DNA of 64,000 nt from positions 15,502,001-15,566,000 of the forward strand of contig NC_087437.1 of NCBI RefSeq assembly GCF_036321535.1, in the 5' to 3' direction. The position numbers were made by a program, and so were the translations under genes. Positions 41,788 through 54,780 of the stretch are shown here, one piece after another (positions within the stretch are counted from its first letter, which is position 1; each line of letters starts with the position of its first letter). The DNA comes from Camelus dromedarius (lineage: Eukaryota). The notes under the pieces are model-generated. The model was not told the DNA's origin, searched no databases, and saw nothing but the letters and a program-made list of their open reading frames with translations.

Positions 41788-42008
41788 CAGTTGATCTTTG
41801 AGTAACCCAGGCTTTCTTTAGTGGCATCCAATGCCCTGTGCAGTCGAAAATCCGCATGTAACTTTACAGTTGGCCCTTGTATCTGTAGTTCTGAATCGGG
41901 GATTCAACCAACCTTGGATGTTGTTGTATGTAGTGCTTATCTATTGAAAAATATCCCTGTATAAGTAGACCTGTGCAGTTCAAACCCATGTTGTTCAGGG
42001 GTCATCTG
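41788..42008. mobile_element. MER8/Tigger2-type MITE, second copy
   Basis: CAGTTGATCTTTGAGTAA...TTGTTCAGGGGTCATCTG followed by TA. Colinear with the 41276 copy. Confidence 0.8.
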
Positions 42009-42160
42009 TATATATATAGATATCTAGGTTATTTATTTTGTTAGAAACCCACTAAGGAAATTCCTGTGTGTGTGTGATCATGAGAATATTTAGTCACTCG
42101 GAGACTGTTTAAACTTATTTCTGTAGGTTAGTTACAATGTCAAGGGCATTACTGCATTAT

Positions 42161-42585
42161 GAGCATACCTTGTTCTATTATGCTTCACTCTCCTGCACTT
42201 TGCAGTATTGTGTTTTTTACAGATTGAAAGTTTGTGGCATCCTTGCATCAAACAAGTCTCTTGGCACCCGTTTACTTCATGTCTCTATCAAATTTTGGTA
42301 ATTCCTATAGTATTTCAAACCCTCCACAAGCATAAGGATTATGACTCAGTGAAGATTCACATGGTGGTTAGCCTTTTTTCTGTTTTTAGCAATAAAGTAC
42401 TTCTTAATTAAGATATGTGCATTGTTTTTTAGACATAATGCTCTTGCACACTTAGTAGACTACAGTACAGTATAAACATAACATTTATATGCACTAGGAA
42501 ACTGAAAAATTCATGTGACTCACTTTGTTGCAGTATTTGCTGTATTGTGGTGGTCTGGAAGGAACCTGCAGTGTCTCCGAGGTAT
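42161..42585 (+). mobile_element. Internally deleted Tigger1 derivative
   Basis: Left end gcataccttgttctatt and right end gtggtctggaa...tctccgaggtat match the Tigger1 termini. Confidence 0.75.
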
Positions 42586-44130
42586 TTAACACCTTAAAGA
42601 GAATGAAAGGGATTGGGTAGATAGGTTCTGTGGTAAGGATTTGTAGATTACAAGTTTGGCCTGGGGACGTAAAAGATATTTAAAAATGTAGCTGTCTGGT
42701 AGTTTTGCTGCTTCATTGATTGGGTTGCTCAAAGTTGATTCAGTTTCTAGAGGTAAAGTGCTTTTACCAAACACTAGTAATAGGAACCTATTCCATAGAG
42801 TTTGTCTGTGAAATTGTAACTTCACCGTTACTGGTAATAACATGTTTATAATCTACTTTGAACAGCACATGATAGAAAAACTAGAATATAGGGCTTTAAG
42901 TTCTTGTCACATTTATTTGTTTGAACGTTTCAGACCTAGAAGCAGTTAGTCCTGTGCTATAAACCAGTGCTACTCAGTTGAAAGATCCATGGTGAGATAA
43001 AAGGTTTGTACCAGAATGTAAATCAGTACATTGTATCTTTCACTTCATAGAAAGTTTTGCTGTACAAAAATGTCAGTTGCACTAAACAGTGTGATTTGTG
43101 ACAGAGTTGATTTACATTCTACTTCAAGGTTCTTATCTCATGTTCATTGCTGTTGTGACCAGCTCCAGGCCATCTGCAGGTTATACTTGGGGGGAGTACG
43201 AGTATAAACAACTCGTTTCATAAGTGAGTGCTTTATGTATTTTCTGATGATGCTGTTGGGATTGGATTGGTTTTAATGGACATTTCTGCTGCTGTTACCT
43301 TCTAATGCCCTGCAGAGCAGGTAGACCTAATGAAACAAGTAAGGAATTTGGAGTCCTGGCTGTGCCTTTTTTCAGCTGAATGGCCTTGGACAAATAATTT
43401 AACCTCTCAGCTTGTCTCATCAAGTGTAAGATTAGGATATAGTCCCTACGTCCCTGTGTTGTTGTGAAGATTGAGTTAACTGTAAATTATATTTAAAATG
43501 ATATCATCCATACTGACAGTTTTCAAACCTTGGCCCCCGTCTGTCTGCCTAACACCATTCCTCACACTCAGCAATTAACCTCTTTTTTTCCTCCTCTTTT
43601 TCTTTAAGAAATTTAAATATTGTTGCATGCCCATTATGAACTAGACCCTGGTGAATAAATAAAATTAAATAATCTTTTCTTCACATTTAATATTTATGCT
43701 TGCTTCCTAAAGTTTCATAAGAAAGAACAGTGATCATCTGCCCCATTCCTCTGAACCTGGGATTCTTGCTTCTCTGAGACAGTCACCTCAGTGTCTTTAA
43801 CTTTCTTTTGGTATTCTCATATTTCTAAATAACATTTTATGATATTTCTTAATTTTCAGTTTTAGCTGTTTATCTAATGACTTGCTACTATGAAAAGTTA
43901 GGGCTTTACTCTCTTAGGTAAAATTTCCATCCCCTTATCCTGCCAGGATTGTATATCTTAATTGTTGATTAGGTTGGTATTCAGTATTTATATTATTAAG
44001 ATGGTAAATATTATTCACAGCCGAGTCAGATAACATAACAATAATCAAATTTATTTCTTGTATAGTGTTTTTGTTTTCCTGGGAATTAGTAACTATCTCC
44101 TTTTTATTTGCTTTTTTCAAGTGTACCTTC

Positions 44131-45136
44131 CCAGCCAGAGAGTAATTTGTGTGTTTTCAGTAAAAGAAGGTATGAGGAATGGAATTGCAGTTTGTTAAGG
44201 GAAAAGAAAACAAATTTTGTCCTAAAGCTGGTTGCTTCTGAATGGAAAAGAAAATAAGGGACAAAATAATATGGAAACAGAAAGTTATGGAAAGTTTGTG
44301 GAAGAGGAACCCTGAGGCATCTCAGAAAAACAGTAAATTAACTAGGATTATTTGGTAGGTTAAATGTAATTAGTCATAATTCTGGTGATTGTCACCAAGT
44401 TTCTCCATTGATTACACTGTAATCTGGTATTTAACGTGCTTTTTAAGTCATTTGTCACTTAAAGACAGTTATTGTACTCTGGTGCTGTGGCAAAAGTGCT
44501 TCATCTTCAAGAGGATTCACAGGAAGGCTATGGAAGTGGTTACAGCAGTTCCACATCAGGATGATGGTTGTGTGAGGATTCCACCCCATACCACCATCTG
44601 ACTCAACACAAGAAGCTGTCCTGCCCCTGGGACCACTAGATCAGGCAGCCAGAGATTTTTACTCCCTGACAAGCAGGGTCAACGCCCCTACTCAGCCCTT
44701 AAGTAGCTTCAGAAGACAGATCATCTCCCTTCTGCTCCCCATAAGACTATGGGAATAAAATCTCTGAGGAAAGGGGGGCAGGGCATAGCCATTGAGGGGA
44801 CTGGGGACAGGACAGACTGATTAGAACCACGATGGTGGAAGATTCGACACCCAGTAGACCTTGAGCCTCATGGCACACCCTCAGGTGCCAAGACAGTTCC
44901 TAGGCTGATGATAAAAGGTCCAAAAGTGGGCAAGGGCCCAATTCATGGAAATCCTAGCCCCTACCCCAAAGTAGTTGGGATAATCCTCCTACTCATTAGC
45001 CTATGAAATTACCCCAGCCCATAAAAACTTACAACTCCGTACCTCATGGTCATTCTCTCTCTTGCCTTCTGAGACGCCCCACACACTGTCTATGGAGTGG
45101 GTATCTTTCAAAATAAACTTGCTTTCACTTAAAAAA
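44131..45136 (+). mobile_element. ERV1 (MER41/MER4-group-like) internal 3' segment plus U3-R of the 3' LTR, ending in a short A run
   Basis: LTR-like part ~44766-45130 with CATAAAA near 45020 and AATAAA at 45112-45117. No U5 or CA end is visible. Family assignment is from memory. Confidence 0.65.
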
Positions 45137-46171
45137 GTACCTTCTTAATGATAGGAAGAATTGATAATGCCAGTATCTAGATTTGCCACGGATCTCTTTT
45201 ATAGCTTCTGCTTTTTTTTTTTTTTTTTTTTTTTTTTTTCCATTTCTGTTGTCTCCTTGTGTGTCTGCAGTTACTTTCTGAGTGGGTATCAAGCACTGTA
45301 TTTGCAAAATTATTTGAAGAAATAATATAAGACCCAGAATAGTGTTTTTGCTTAAGTTGCCTTTTCCAAGTTCCTGGAAGCCCTCGCACTTTGGAGATGC
45401 CAGTAGCACTGTAAAATCATCTTAAACTGATTTCAGAGATTCAAATGTCTGCAGTTAAGTGGCAATTTCAAGAAAGCCGGTTCTACATTTGGTGCAGCCT
45501 TTCAAGGTCCCAACCCAAAGCAAGGAGGGGATTCAGAGCTACCTTGGGCACCAAATCCTTGATTCTCTTAGCCCCTTCAAGTTATCAAAAACCCCAGTCA
45601 GCCTCTTATCCTCTCAGCTGCCTTCTTTAGTTTCAGCTAATAATTGCCCCAAACCCTGGGCTCACCTCCCTTGACCTCTAGACTAGCCCAGATTCTGGCC
45701 TGGTAATTAATTCTTCCCTGTCTTGTTAACACTCAGCTTCAAGCACAGTTTAAAAAAAAAAGTCTAATTTACAGTTATACTCAGAGTATGGACTGGCCCA
45801 GAATACCTAGTCTGCCGTTACCAAATGTTAAAGTCTGAATGATTCACATTTAGCTAAAAACATCCTGACTGAAATTTACTACTAAATGCTACAGCCAATC
45901 AAACTTTCAGTCAGATGTGAAAAGAGAATAAAGATATTTTCAGACATATAAGATCTCAAAAGTATGTTGTACCAAAATGAGAAGTCAACTTGAGAAGAAG
46001 ATGACAGAATTTTTAAAAAGCAAGAAGAAGAAAAGCATAGGAAGCCTCCAGATAATGGTGAAGGGAGTTCCCAAGATGACAGCTATTCCTCTGGCCTAGA
46101 GAGTAGCTGATCCATATGTGAGCATGGCAAGCTCCGGGAGAGATGCCTTCACAGGAAACAAGAAAAGGAAA

Positions 46172-46418
46172 GGAGAGGGTTTGCAGATACTAACTACTAT
46201 ATATAAAATAGATAAAAAAAACAAGTTTCTGCTGTACAGGGAACTATATGCAATATCTTGTAGTAACCTATATTGAAAAAAATATGAAAAGGAATATATG
46301 TATGTATATGTATGACTGAAACATTATGCTGTACACCAGAAATAGACACATTGTACACTGACTATACTTCATCTAAAAAATAAAAACATTTTAAAAATTA
46401 AAAAAAAGAAAGTAAAAT
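46172..46418 (+). mobile_element. Short L1 3'-end insertion
   Basis: Reverse complement of the 3' end seen at 2498 and 9547. A-rich tail, TSD aagaaaaggaaa at 46160-46171 and 46419-46430. Confidence 0.85.
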
Positions 46419-47904
46419 AAGAAAAGGAAAAGAAATTACAGTAGCTCTGTTAATTGTGTCGAGGAGATAAAAGATAAGATTGAGCATTTCAGAAAAGAAT
46501 TGGAAACTATTCAAATATGAGTGGAAATCATACTGTTGAAAAATAGAATAACTAAAGTTAAGGCCTTAATGATAAAGAGATAATTGGTGAACTGGAAGAT
46601 AGGACAGAAGAAAATGTTTGAAACGAAGCACAGACAGAATGATGGAAAATATAGGAGAGAAGAGAACTAGGATACAGAGAGATGTCATGAGTGTTTTTGG
46701 AATCCCTGAAGGAGAAAAAAGAGTGCGAATGGGCAAAAGCAGTATCTGAAGATAAACTGACTGAGATGTTGCCAGAAGTGAGGAAGGCCATGTCCTTAAG
46801 AAGTCCAAGAACCTCAAGCAAGGTAAATAAAAAGATTTATTCACCTAGGTTGAAAACTAAAGACAGAGGAAATCCAAAAAGCAAACAACAACAACAACAA
46901 CAACAAAACCCCCTAGATATTTACCAAGAAAAAAAGATTATCTGCAAACGGCCCTTAACAGATGACTTGTCAGCTAATACAGTAAGTCAGAAGATAGTAG
47001 AATGCTATCCACAAAGAAATGAGTTTTTTTCCTCCCAAACCATAAATAAATTCTATATTCAGAATAAAGATGGAGTAGAGACATTTTCAGAGCAACAAAA
47101 ATTGAATTTGTCCCTAGCAGACCTGCGCCAAGGAAATACTAAAGAATGTTCTACAGGCAGAAGGAAAGTGATCCAAGATGGAAGTTCAATAGATAAAGGA
47201 AGGAATGAAAGGGGACAGTAAATATGTGGGTAAATCTAAAGGAATGTTGCCTGTGTATAACAACAAGAGCCTTTTCAGTTTAACGTAGAATTATGATGGC
47301 GTTTTAGTCAAGTTGGTGGCGAGGGCAGTGGTAAATGGAATTAAAGTATTTTATAGTCCTTGTGTGGCCTGGGAATTGGTAAAAGTACTGATTAACATTG
47401 GATTAGTTAAGTCACAGACCTATGTTTTACTCTTGAGAGAACCGTTAAAAGTATGTATTACTCTATTAATAGGATATTACCTTCCAATCTAATAGGAGAA
47501 AAATGAAGTGATAAGAAGTTATCAGTCCCAAAGAAGGCAAGAAAAGAGAGAAAAAGGAACACAGGAACATACTTATTAAGAAGAAATAAGACTTAATAAG
47601 ATGATAGCTTTAAATCTAAAGAGGTCCATTAAATGTAAGTGCACTAAATGGCCTATTAAAAGATAAAAATTGTTCAACTGGGTAAAAATAATTGAACTCA
47701 ATTATTTGATGTTTTTAAAGATACAGCAAAGTTGAAAGTAAAGTATAGAATTAAAGTATACAGCATGCAAACACTTTGAATAGAAAGATAGTGTAGCTAT
47801 ATTCATATTAGAGAAACTATGCTTGAAGCAGAAGCAATGAACATTAGGAAAGGTGAAGAGAAACACTTCATCAGAGTAAAATATGAAACCTTGGGGTATG
47901 TAAC

Positions 47905-48348
47905 CGTAGCAGGTATTCCTCCTTGCCCCCCGATTGTACCCGGATATTACACGCAGCTCCCTGTGTGCTGCCAGCATCTCACTATACTGTGCTGCTCTTT
48001 CTGGAACCTTGGAACGCCGCTCAGGGGAAACCTGGGAGTGTGGGGGCAGTTAGCACTCCCGGGACAAGCCTCAAGCAGTGGAGGGCCTGGAATCGGTGGA
48101 TAAATTCTCCCCCTTCCTAGCCCTTAGAGGGACAGTTCTGAAATGTGTTCTGTTTGGTCCCTGGGTGAGTTCCCTGTGAGATTCAGCTCCAGCTGCTCAC
48201 TGCAGAAATTGGCTCAGTTACACACTTCATTGGCTTTCCTTCCTTCTCTGGATCTCTCACCCCATTTCCTCACTGTGCTTCTTGGGATCACCTCCAATTA
48301 CCTACCTGCCCTGAAGTCCACACTTTTAGGGGAACTCAAACTAAGACA
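47905..48348 (+). mobile_element. LTR16-like ERVL solo LTR
   Basis: Starts (c)gtagcag and ends gggaactcaaactaagaca. GC-richer insert within the old L1. Confidence 0.7.
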
Positions 48349-48725
48349 AAAAAAAAAAAAACAACAACTTAATTTGTAAGTATCTAATAAAATAATTAAA
48401 TTAAGTTAAATTTCTCTCTCTCCCTTACCTGTATACAAAAGTGGCAGAACTATAAAGAGGAACAGATGAAGTCACACTTGTGTTGGGGGATTTTAACCCA
48501 GTTTTCTTAATAACTGATGGAACAAGAGACAAACAGTAAGGGTATAGATTTCAGCATCATGATCCAATTTGACCTAATTCATACGTACAGGACATTGCCA
48601 GGAGAACCGCAGAGTGAATATATTTTTTTCTAGCACAAACAACTCTTTCCAAAATTGACCATATGCTAGGCCATAAAATAAATCTTGACACAATTCAAAG
48701 ACTTGAAACGATGGAGTACATTCTT

Positions 48726-48794
48726 TTTTTTTTTAACATTTTTTTTTTTTATTGAGTTATAGTCGTTTTACAATGTTGTGTCAAATTCCAGTGT
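48726..48794 (-). mobile_element. Extremely 5'-truncated young L1 (69 bp)
   Basis: Perfect 15-bp TSD atggagtacattctt at 48711-48725 and 48795-48809. Confidence 0.9.
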
Positions 48795-50052
48795 ATGGAG
48801 TACATTCTTGAACATAGTGGAAACAAGTTAGGAAAAGATACCTAAAACTTAAAAACCTTTGAAATACTTTTGTAAATGTTTTTCTCAGTTTATTTACTTT
48901 TTAATTTTAATGGGGGTTTTTTAATGTAGAAGTTTCACATTTTTACATAGTCAAATCTGTCATTTTCAAATGACTCTTCCATTAGTTTTAAGCTCAGAAA
49001 GTTTCTCCTTATTCAGAAATCCAGTAAATACTCATTTAGACCTTTTTTTTTGAAGTAGTTTTCTCTTTTCCATTTTATTGACTGTATTTAATCATTCTTC
49101 TAGTTTTAACTTCAGAATTACTTTTTCACATTCCAAAAAAAATTCTACAATTTTTAATTGGAATTGCATTAGCTCCTTGTACTTACAGAATTTTATTTCT
49201 GTATTTTTATTGAGGTATAATTGAGATATTATATACAGCTATCCAACATGAAAATTTGATATTTGTGTATTCTGTGAAATGATCACCACAGTCTAGTAAC
49301 ATCTGTCACCATACATAGTTACAAGTTTTTTTTTTTCTTGTGGTGAGAACTTTAAGATCTATAGTTCTTTTTTATTTTTAATTACCATTCTGTATTGTGG
49401 TTGAGATTACTACTTACTGCTCCCCATGTTCCCTCTCCTTCCTCTCTTATTAACAGACAAAGTGCTAACTGGTAATTGAGAAATGTAGAGAAATACTGAC
49501 AGATATTGATGGAGGTGAGGGCTGGGCAAGAGCTGGCTGTAGCTGGTATCAAACACTGAAAAATGGGTTGGGATAACGTCCTTACTTTGGTTGGTGAAAC
49601 TGGTTTTCTCTGAAGGGTAAATGGTAAAGCAAGTCCAAGTCTCCTGCTCTCTTACTGTCTGATGTCACTATTTTGTACTTTGATTTATAGAATTCTTGAA
49701 GTCTCATCGATTTTTGTCTAATATTGTTAGTTTCCAAGGTTCTTATAACTTTATCTCTCAATTTTTTTGTGAGGTTTTTTTGTTTTTGATAAAAAGAATT
49801 GGGGAGAATAAATGAGACAGAGCAAGTTTTCATCTAAACCTAGAAATTCTAGAACAGTTGCTTGTTTTCTGCTTTTTGGTGATGTTATGGATTATTAATT
49901 CGATATTTGACTTCCTGAGAAATGGGGTGTTACCATGTACAGTTGAGAACATGTATTTACATATAAGCACAAAGGTTATTTCCTATTTTTATGTTTCAGG
50001 GTTATTGTTTCAATGCTAGCAATGAAAAATACTACCACCCGTTTGCTTTTAG

Positions 50053-50148
50053 GTTGGAATGTTGCGCCAGCAGATAGAAGGACATGAAAAAGTCAAGCAA
50101 GAGATAACCATGGAGTATAAGCAGGAGTTAAAGAAACTACAGGAAGAA
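50053..50148 (+). CDS. CEP63: CEP63 coding exon 3
   Basis: ttttag|[32 protein letters not shown]|gtgaga, 96 nt. Confidence 0.95.
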
Positions 50149-51022
50149 GTGAGATTTTAATTCTGTTATGTGTAGTATAATTCTGTCTCTTCAACCCTTG
50201 AGAATTTTGTTAATGAGCCAGTTTCTGCTTTGTAAAGTGGGATGTATATATCCCATGGGAGGTATAGGGGTGGAAATCTATTTCTCTGTTCTTAAATTCA
50301 GGTAAAGAATCTTGCCTAATTATGTGTTTGGTACTACCTAGAACAGCAATTCTAAAATGTGCTGCTCAGTTGAGTACCTGAGAGAAATAGAGCTATTTTT
50401 ATATAATACTGTGAAATACTGATACAAAGCTTACATCAAATGTTTTAATTTTTGAGTTGAATCAGTTACTAGAGTTTAAATAATGGAAGCTCCAAAGGTT
50501 TCAGAAACACTTGGGGAGAGGTAAGAAAAATAAGAACATTCTATCAGTTAACTCAATTTTAGTCTTCAGACTGGGAAAAAAACTGCTTTTATTTTTACTT
50601 AATTCAAAAGTACTCCTCTCCTGCTGACTGAATTTTAGTGTTCCACAGGAGAATAGGTCAAGAATCACAGGCCTAAAAAAAAGAAAAAGAGTTTTTATTT
50701 TCTGTTTTTGTTGGTTTTATTTTTGTGTGTATGGGGGGTGGGTTGTGGAGCCCTTAAGTGCAAGGCTATTGTATATTGAGGTAAAAAATTAAATGTTTGT
50801 TTATGAAATATTTTCCCCTTATTTTTTCTTTGACTGACTGTATTTCTTTTCTGGTGTTTATTTTATATATGGAGTTTTGAGTTGTTTTGTGTTTTATCTA
50901 ACATACTCTCTATTTTCAGAGGTACTAGTTAGCCCTATGTGTGCGTTCATAATGCAAATTTGTTATACCACAACTATTTACAAATTCTTAAATTTTAAGT
51001 CTAGAAATAACTGTGTCTACAG

Positions 51023-51145
51023 TTAGGCAGACTGAAGAGAAGCTATGAAAAGCTACAGAAAAAGCATATACGAGACTTCAGAGGAAACGCCAAAAATCAC
51101 AGGGAAGATCGGTCTGAAATTGAGAGGTTAACTGGGAAAATAGAG
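51023..51145 (+). CDS. CEP63: CEP63 coding exon 4
   Basis: ctacag|[41 protein letters not shown]|gtatgt, 123 nt. Confidence 0.95.
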
Positions 51146-51344
51146 GTATGTTCGTAGTACTAATTTGTTCATAGTGATTGTCAGCCTTCATTGTAGGAAA
51201 ATGCTGTTTCTAATAGTGCTATTTCCTGAAACCAGTTTTCTCCCATCTCTAGGACTACCACTGAGCTCTTTCAAAGGTGGGAGGTGATCCACTGCACATC
51301 CTATCATCACCTGGTTCCCTGAGGTTACTAGCTATTGATGGTCA

Positions 51345-51530
51345 TCAACAGGGCAGTACCACCCTTTGAGGGCATTGGAAATGTGTGGAGACATTGTTTT
51401 GGCTGTCAGAATGACTGGGAGTGAAACTGGTGTGTTCGGGGACAGGGACAGGGGACACTGAACATGCCTGGGACTGTTCCACACAGGAATGACTGTTGCA
51501 CCCCCAATGCCAGTACTGACCACCAGTTAT
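51345..51530. mobile_element. MER20-type hAT fragment
   Basis: ggaaatgtgtggagacattgttttggctgtcagaatgactggg motif. Confidence 0.55.
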
Positions 51531-52199
51531 TAGCTGTCCTCTGTGTGCAGTGTCCTTGTCTTACTTATCACATAATAGAGTAGAAGCTTAGGAAGTGTTG
51601 AAGGTACATGGCATATCAGATTGTTTATCCTCAGTTTCCGTTTAGATAGTAAGTCAGTTACCTCCCGCTTTGCTGCCTTTTTTTAAATTAAGACTAAGTA
51701 GCCTCATGATTGTTGTATATATTTATTCCGTACTCTCAACACCGCCAAGAGCAGATGAAGGAGCAGCACAAGGCTGTCACTTTTTCCCCGTAAATCCACC
51801 ACTGCGTCCTCTGTCTGCTCTCTTGGTTCTCCCATGTACCTCAGAGTCCGCCAGGATCCGCCTTGGGCTCTCAGAGATTCTGATCCAGAGTGCAGCATGG
51901 AAGCCAGGAACCTGCATTCCATCCAGCTCCCCTGGCTGATGCTAATTTGAGAAACATTGTTCAACATCTTTGTATAATGACTTAGTTTTTCTGCCCAGAG
52001 TGACCTGTCACCCACAAATGTGCATCAGTACATTATTACTACCTAGACTTTTAGTTTCTGCACTTAGCATTTTTATATCAATATTTTTGTACATTTGAAG
52101 AGCTTAGAGCCAGAGGACTACACTGATCCTGCTTTCCCTCCAGCCCTCTTCAGTGATATCTGGGTATTTTCAAAAAAACCCCTCATGTTCCTGCTCCTC

Positions 52200-54780
52200 A
52201 TTGCCACTTCCTCACCATTCTCTTTTCTTTCTACCTCAAAAACTCCATCTTTTGTTTTCACGTGAGTAGCGTATGCCACCAACTGGTGTACTTACAGCCA
52301 AAGCAGTCATCCGATCCCTGGTTACTCCTCTGGTTCAAAGATTTCAGCTCCTAGCTTATTGTCATCCTCTCCAATATTGCTTTTATCATTATTCTTGAGG
52401 ATTTCAGTATCCACAGGAGTGATGCTAATACAGTACTTTGGTCTTTGAGTTCCTTGGTGTTCTTTCCTCCACAGATACATTGATCTCTTCCCTGTCTGGC
52501 CCATGATGCTTGTTGATCACCTGACACCCCCTCCCCCAATCCCTTAAAGTGCTCAGATCCTGCCACTTGTCACTGCCCCATTTCTACCTCGTGTCCTCAC
52601 TTCTCAGTCCTTACCTAGCTTACATCCCATGGTCACTCCTTACATTCCCCTTCAACTCCTGTGCCCTCTCTTACTTCATCACATTTGCCTGGCAAAACTG
52701 TGGCTCTCATTAAATCTAGCTTAGACCACGACTGCAGAAAAATAACAATCATGCTGACTGGCCTCACTTTAAATTCATTGTCACTTACCTCAGATGGGTT
52801 CCTGTGCTGCCCAGAATCATATATCCCCTCACTCTCCTACTTTCCATAATGACTGTTTCATACTTTCTCTTTTCTCACATTTTCAACACTTGTCCCCACA
52901 TCTTCAGTTTTGGGTGATGATCTTTCTATTTCATTGAGAAAATACAAACAATGAGAAGATAATTTTCACAAATTTCCAACCTTGTATCTCCCTGCCTGTT
53001 TGCAGCTGTGCCCCCATATACTCTGCCTTCCTGCTGGAGGGACTGTCCACGCTCCCCCCATTCCCCAGCCATGACATCACTCCAGCATTTCTCCTTCTCT
53101 CTCCCGCATCCTCAGCTTTTTCCTCCCCACTGGATAGTTTCCAGCAACATGCACATTTCCCCTCTTAAATATCTTCTCTTGACCTCTCTCTTCCTCCTCT
53201 GGATACTGCCCCATTTTTCTCCTTCATTTTATAACTAAACTACTGTAGGCATCTATACTTGTCTCCATTTTTTCTTACACCCATTCAGTAAGACTTTTGC
53301 CCCCTCTCTCTACAGAAGCTTTTGCATGGAGGTCACCAGATGAGTTCCACATTACTAAAGCCTGTGACTAGCCCTCATCTTCCCCATTCTATCTCCAGCA
53401 GTGGACCCAGCTGGTCTCTCCCTCCTTAAAATTCTGTCTTGATTTGGCTTGGAGGGCAGCCGCACTTTCTTGGTTGTTCACCTCCCTTGTTAGCCACCCT
53501 TTCTCAGTCTCTTTTACTCCCCAACCTTCTAACATTGGAACTCCTTGCGGCCATGTCACTGTACCTCTTCTTTCTTCTATCTATGCCCACTCCCTTGGTG
53601 ATGTCATTCAGTCTCAGAGTTTTGAGCACTGTGTGTATGTTGATAATTCTCAAATTTATATATATAGTCTTGACCTCTCCTTTTCGCTGCAGATTAAATT
53701 CCAACTGTCTTTTTCTCTTCATCTCCACTTTAGTGTCTAAGGCTGTCTCAGACTTGACATGTCCAAACTAAAGGCCCTGTTTTTTTCCTCCACCAGAAAT
53801 GGTCTTCCAACACCATTTCTGTTTCAATTAATAGCAGCTCCATTCCTCAAATTGCTCAAACCTAAAAACCCTGGACTCAACCTTGATTTCTCTTTTCTCA
53901 CACAACAACCAGAATGATTCTGTTGTAATGTTAAGTCAAATTATGTCCTCTGCTGTACATAAACCTTCAAGGAGCTTCTCTCAAAAGCCAAAGTTATCAT
54001 AATGACCTACACAGTCTCCCTGCCTATTAAATTTGACCTTTCTCTTCCTTTTTTTCCTTTTACTCACTCCATGCCTGCCACACCAACTTCCTTGCTCATC
54101 CTAAAACATACCAGGATGCTTCCACTTCAAAGCCTTGTACTTGCTATTCTGTCTTCTCAGAATAGGATAACTTCATCCCCATCTCACTCCGCGTTTGCTT
54201 GAATATTACTCAATCTGGTCATTCCTTTTTAAAGTTGCAACCCCCAGCTCTGAGCACTCTATGCTCTGTTTTCTCAAAACAGGTACAGTTGGCCCTCTGT
54301 ATCTGTACAGTTGGTCCCTATGGGTTCTGCATCCATGGACTCAATGAACCATAGGTCTAAAAGTTTCTGGAAAAAACATTCCAGAAAGTTCTAAAAAGCA
54401 AAACTTGAATTTGCCATTGCAGGCAACCATTTACACAGCATATATGTTGTATTTACATAGCATTTACATTGTATTAAGCATTGCAAGTAATTTGGAAATG
54501 ATTTCAAGTATACAGGAGGATGTGTGTTGGTTATATGCAAATAATATTACATAAGGGACTTGAGCATACTAAAATTTTAGTATCTGCACAGGTCGAGAAC
54601 CAACCCCCACTGATACTGTGGGACGGCTGTATTACCATCTAATTTACTGTACATTTGAGAGTGTTACCTACCTCCCTCCAATTGAGTGGGGCTAGAATTT
54701 TTATTTGTTTTGTTAAATATTATATCCGTAACACCTAGAACAGTACCTGGCATACATGGTGGAATTAATGAATGAGTAAT
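52200..54780 (+). mobile_element. Long L2 fragment, interrupted by a MER2-like MITE (other L2 pieces ~15000-15250, 20740-21340, 29700-29880)
   Basis: C/T-rich degenerate L2 text ending gaacagtacctggcatacatgg...aatgaatgag. Confidence 0.7.
54286..54629. mobile_element. MER2/Tigger-type MITE
   Basis: TA|CAGTTGGCCCTCTGTATC...GATACTGTGGGACGGCTG|TA inverted termini. Confidence 0.75.

Larger units (their letters stand above)
46440..48870 (+). mobile_element. Ancient L1 fragment (ORF1 to endonuclease region), interrupted by later insertions
   Basis: Degenerate ORF1-like ORF 46691-47221 and endonuclease-region text (ggggattttaaccc, aaaattgaccatatgctaggccataaa). Confidence 0.65.
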
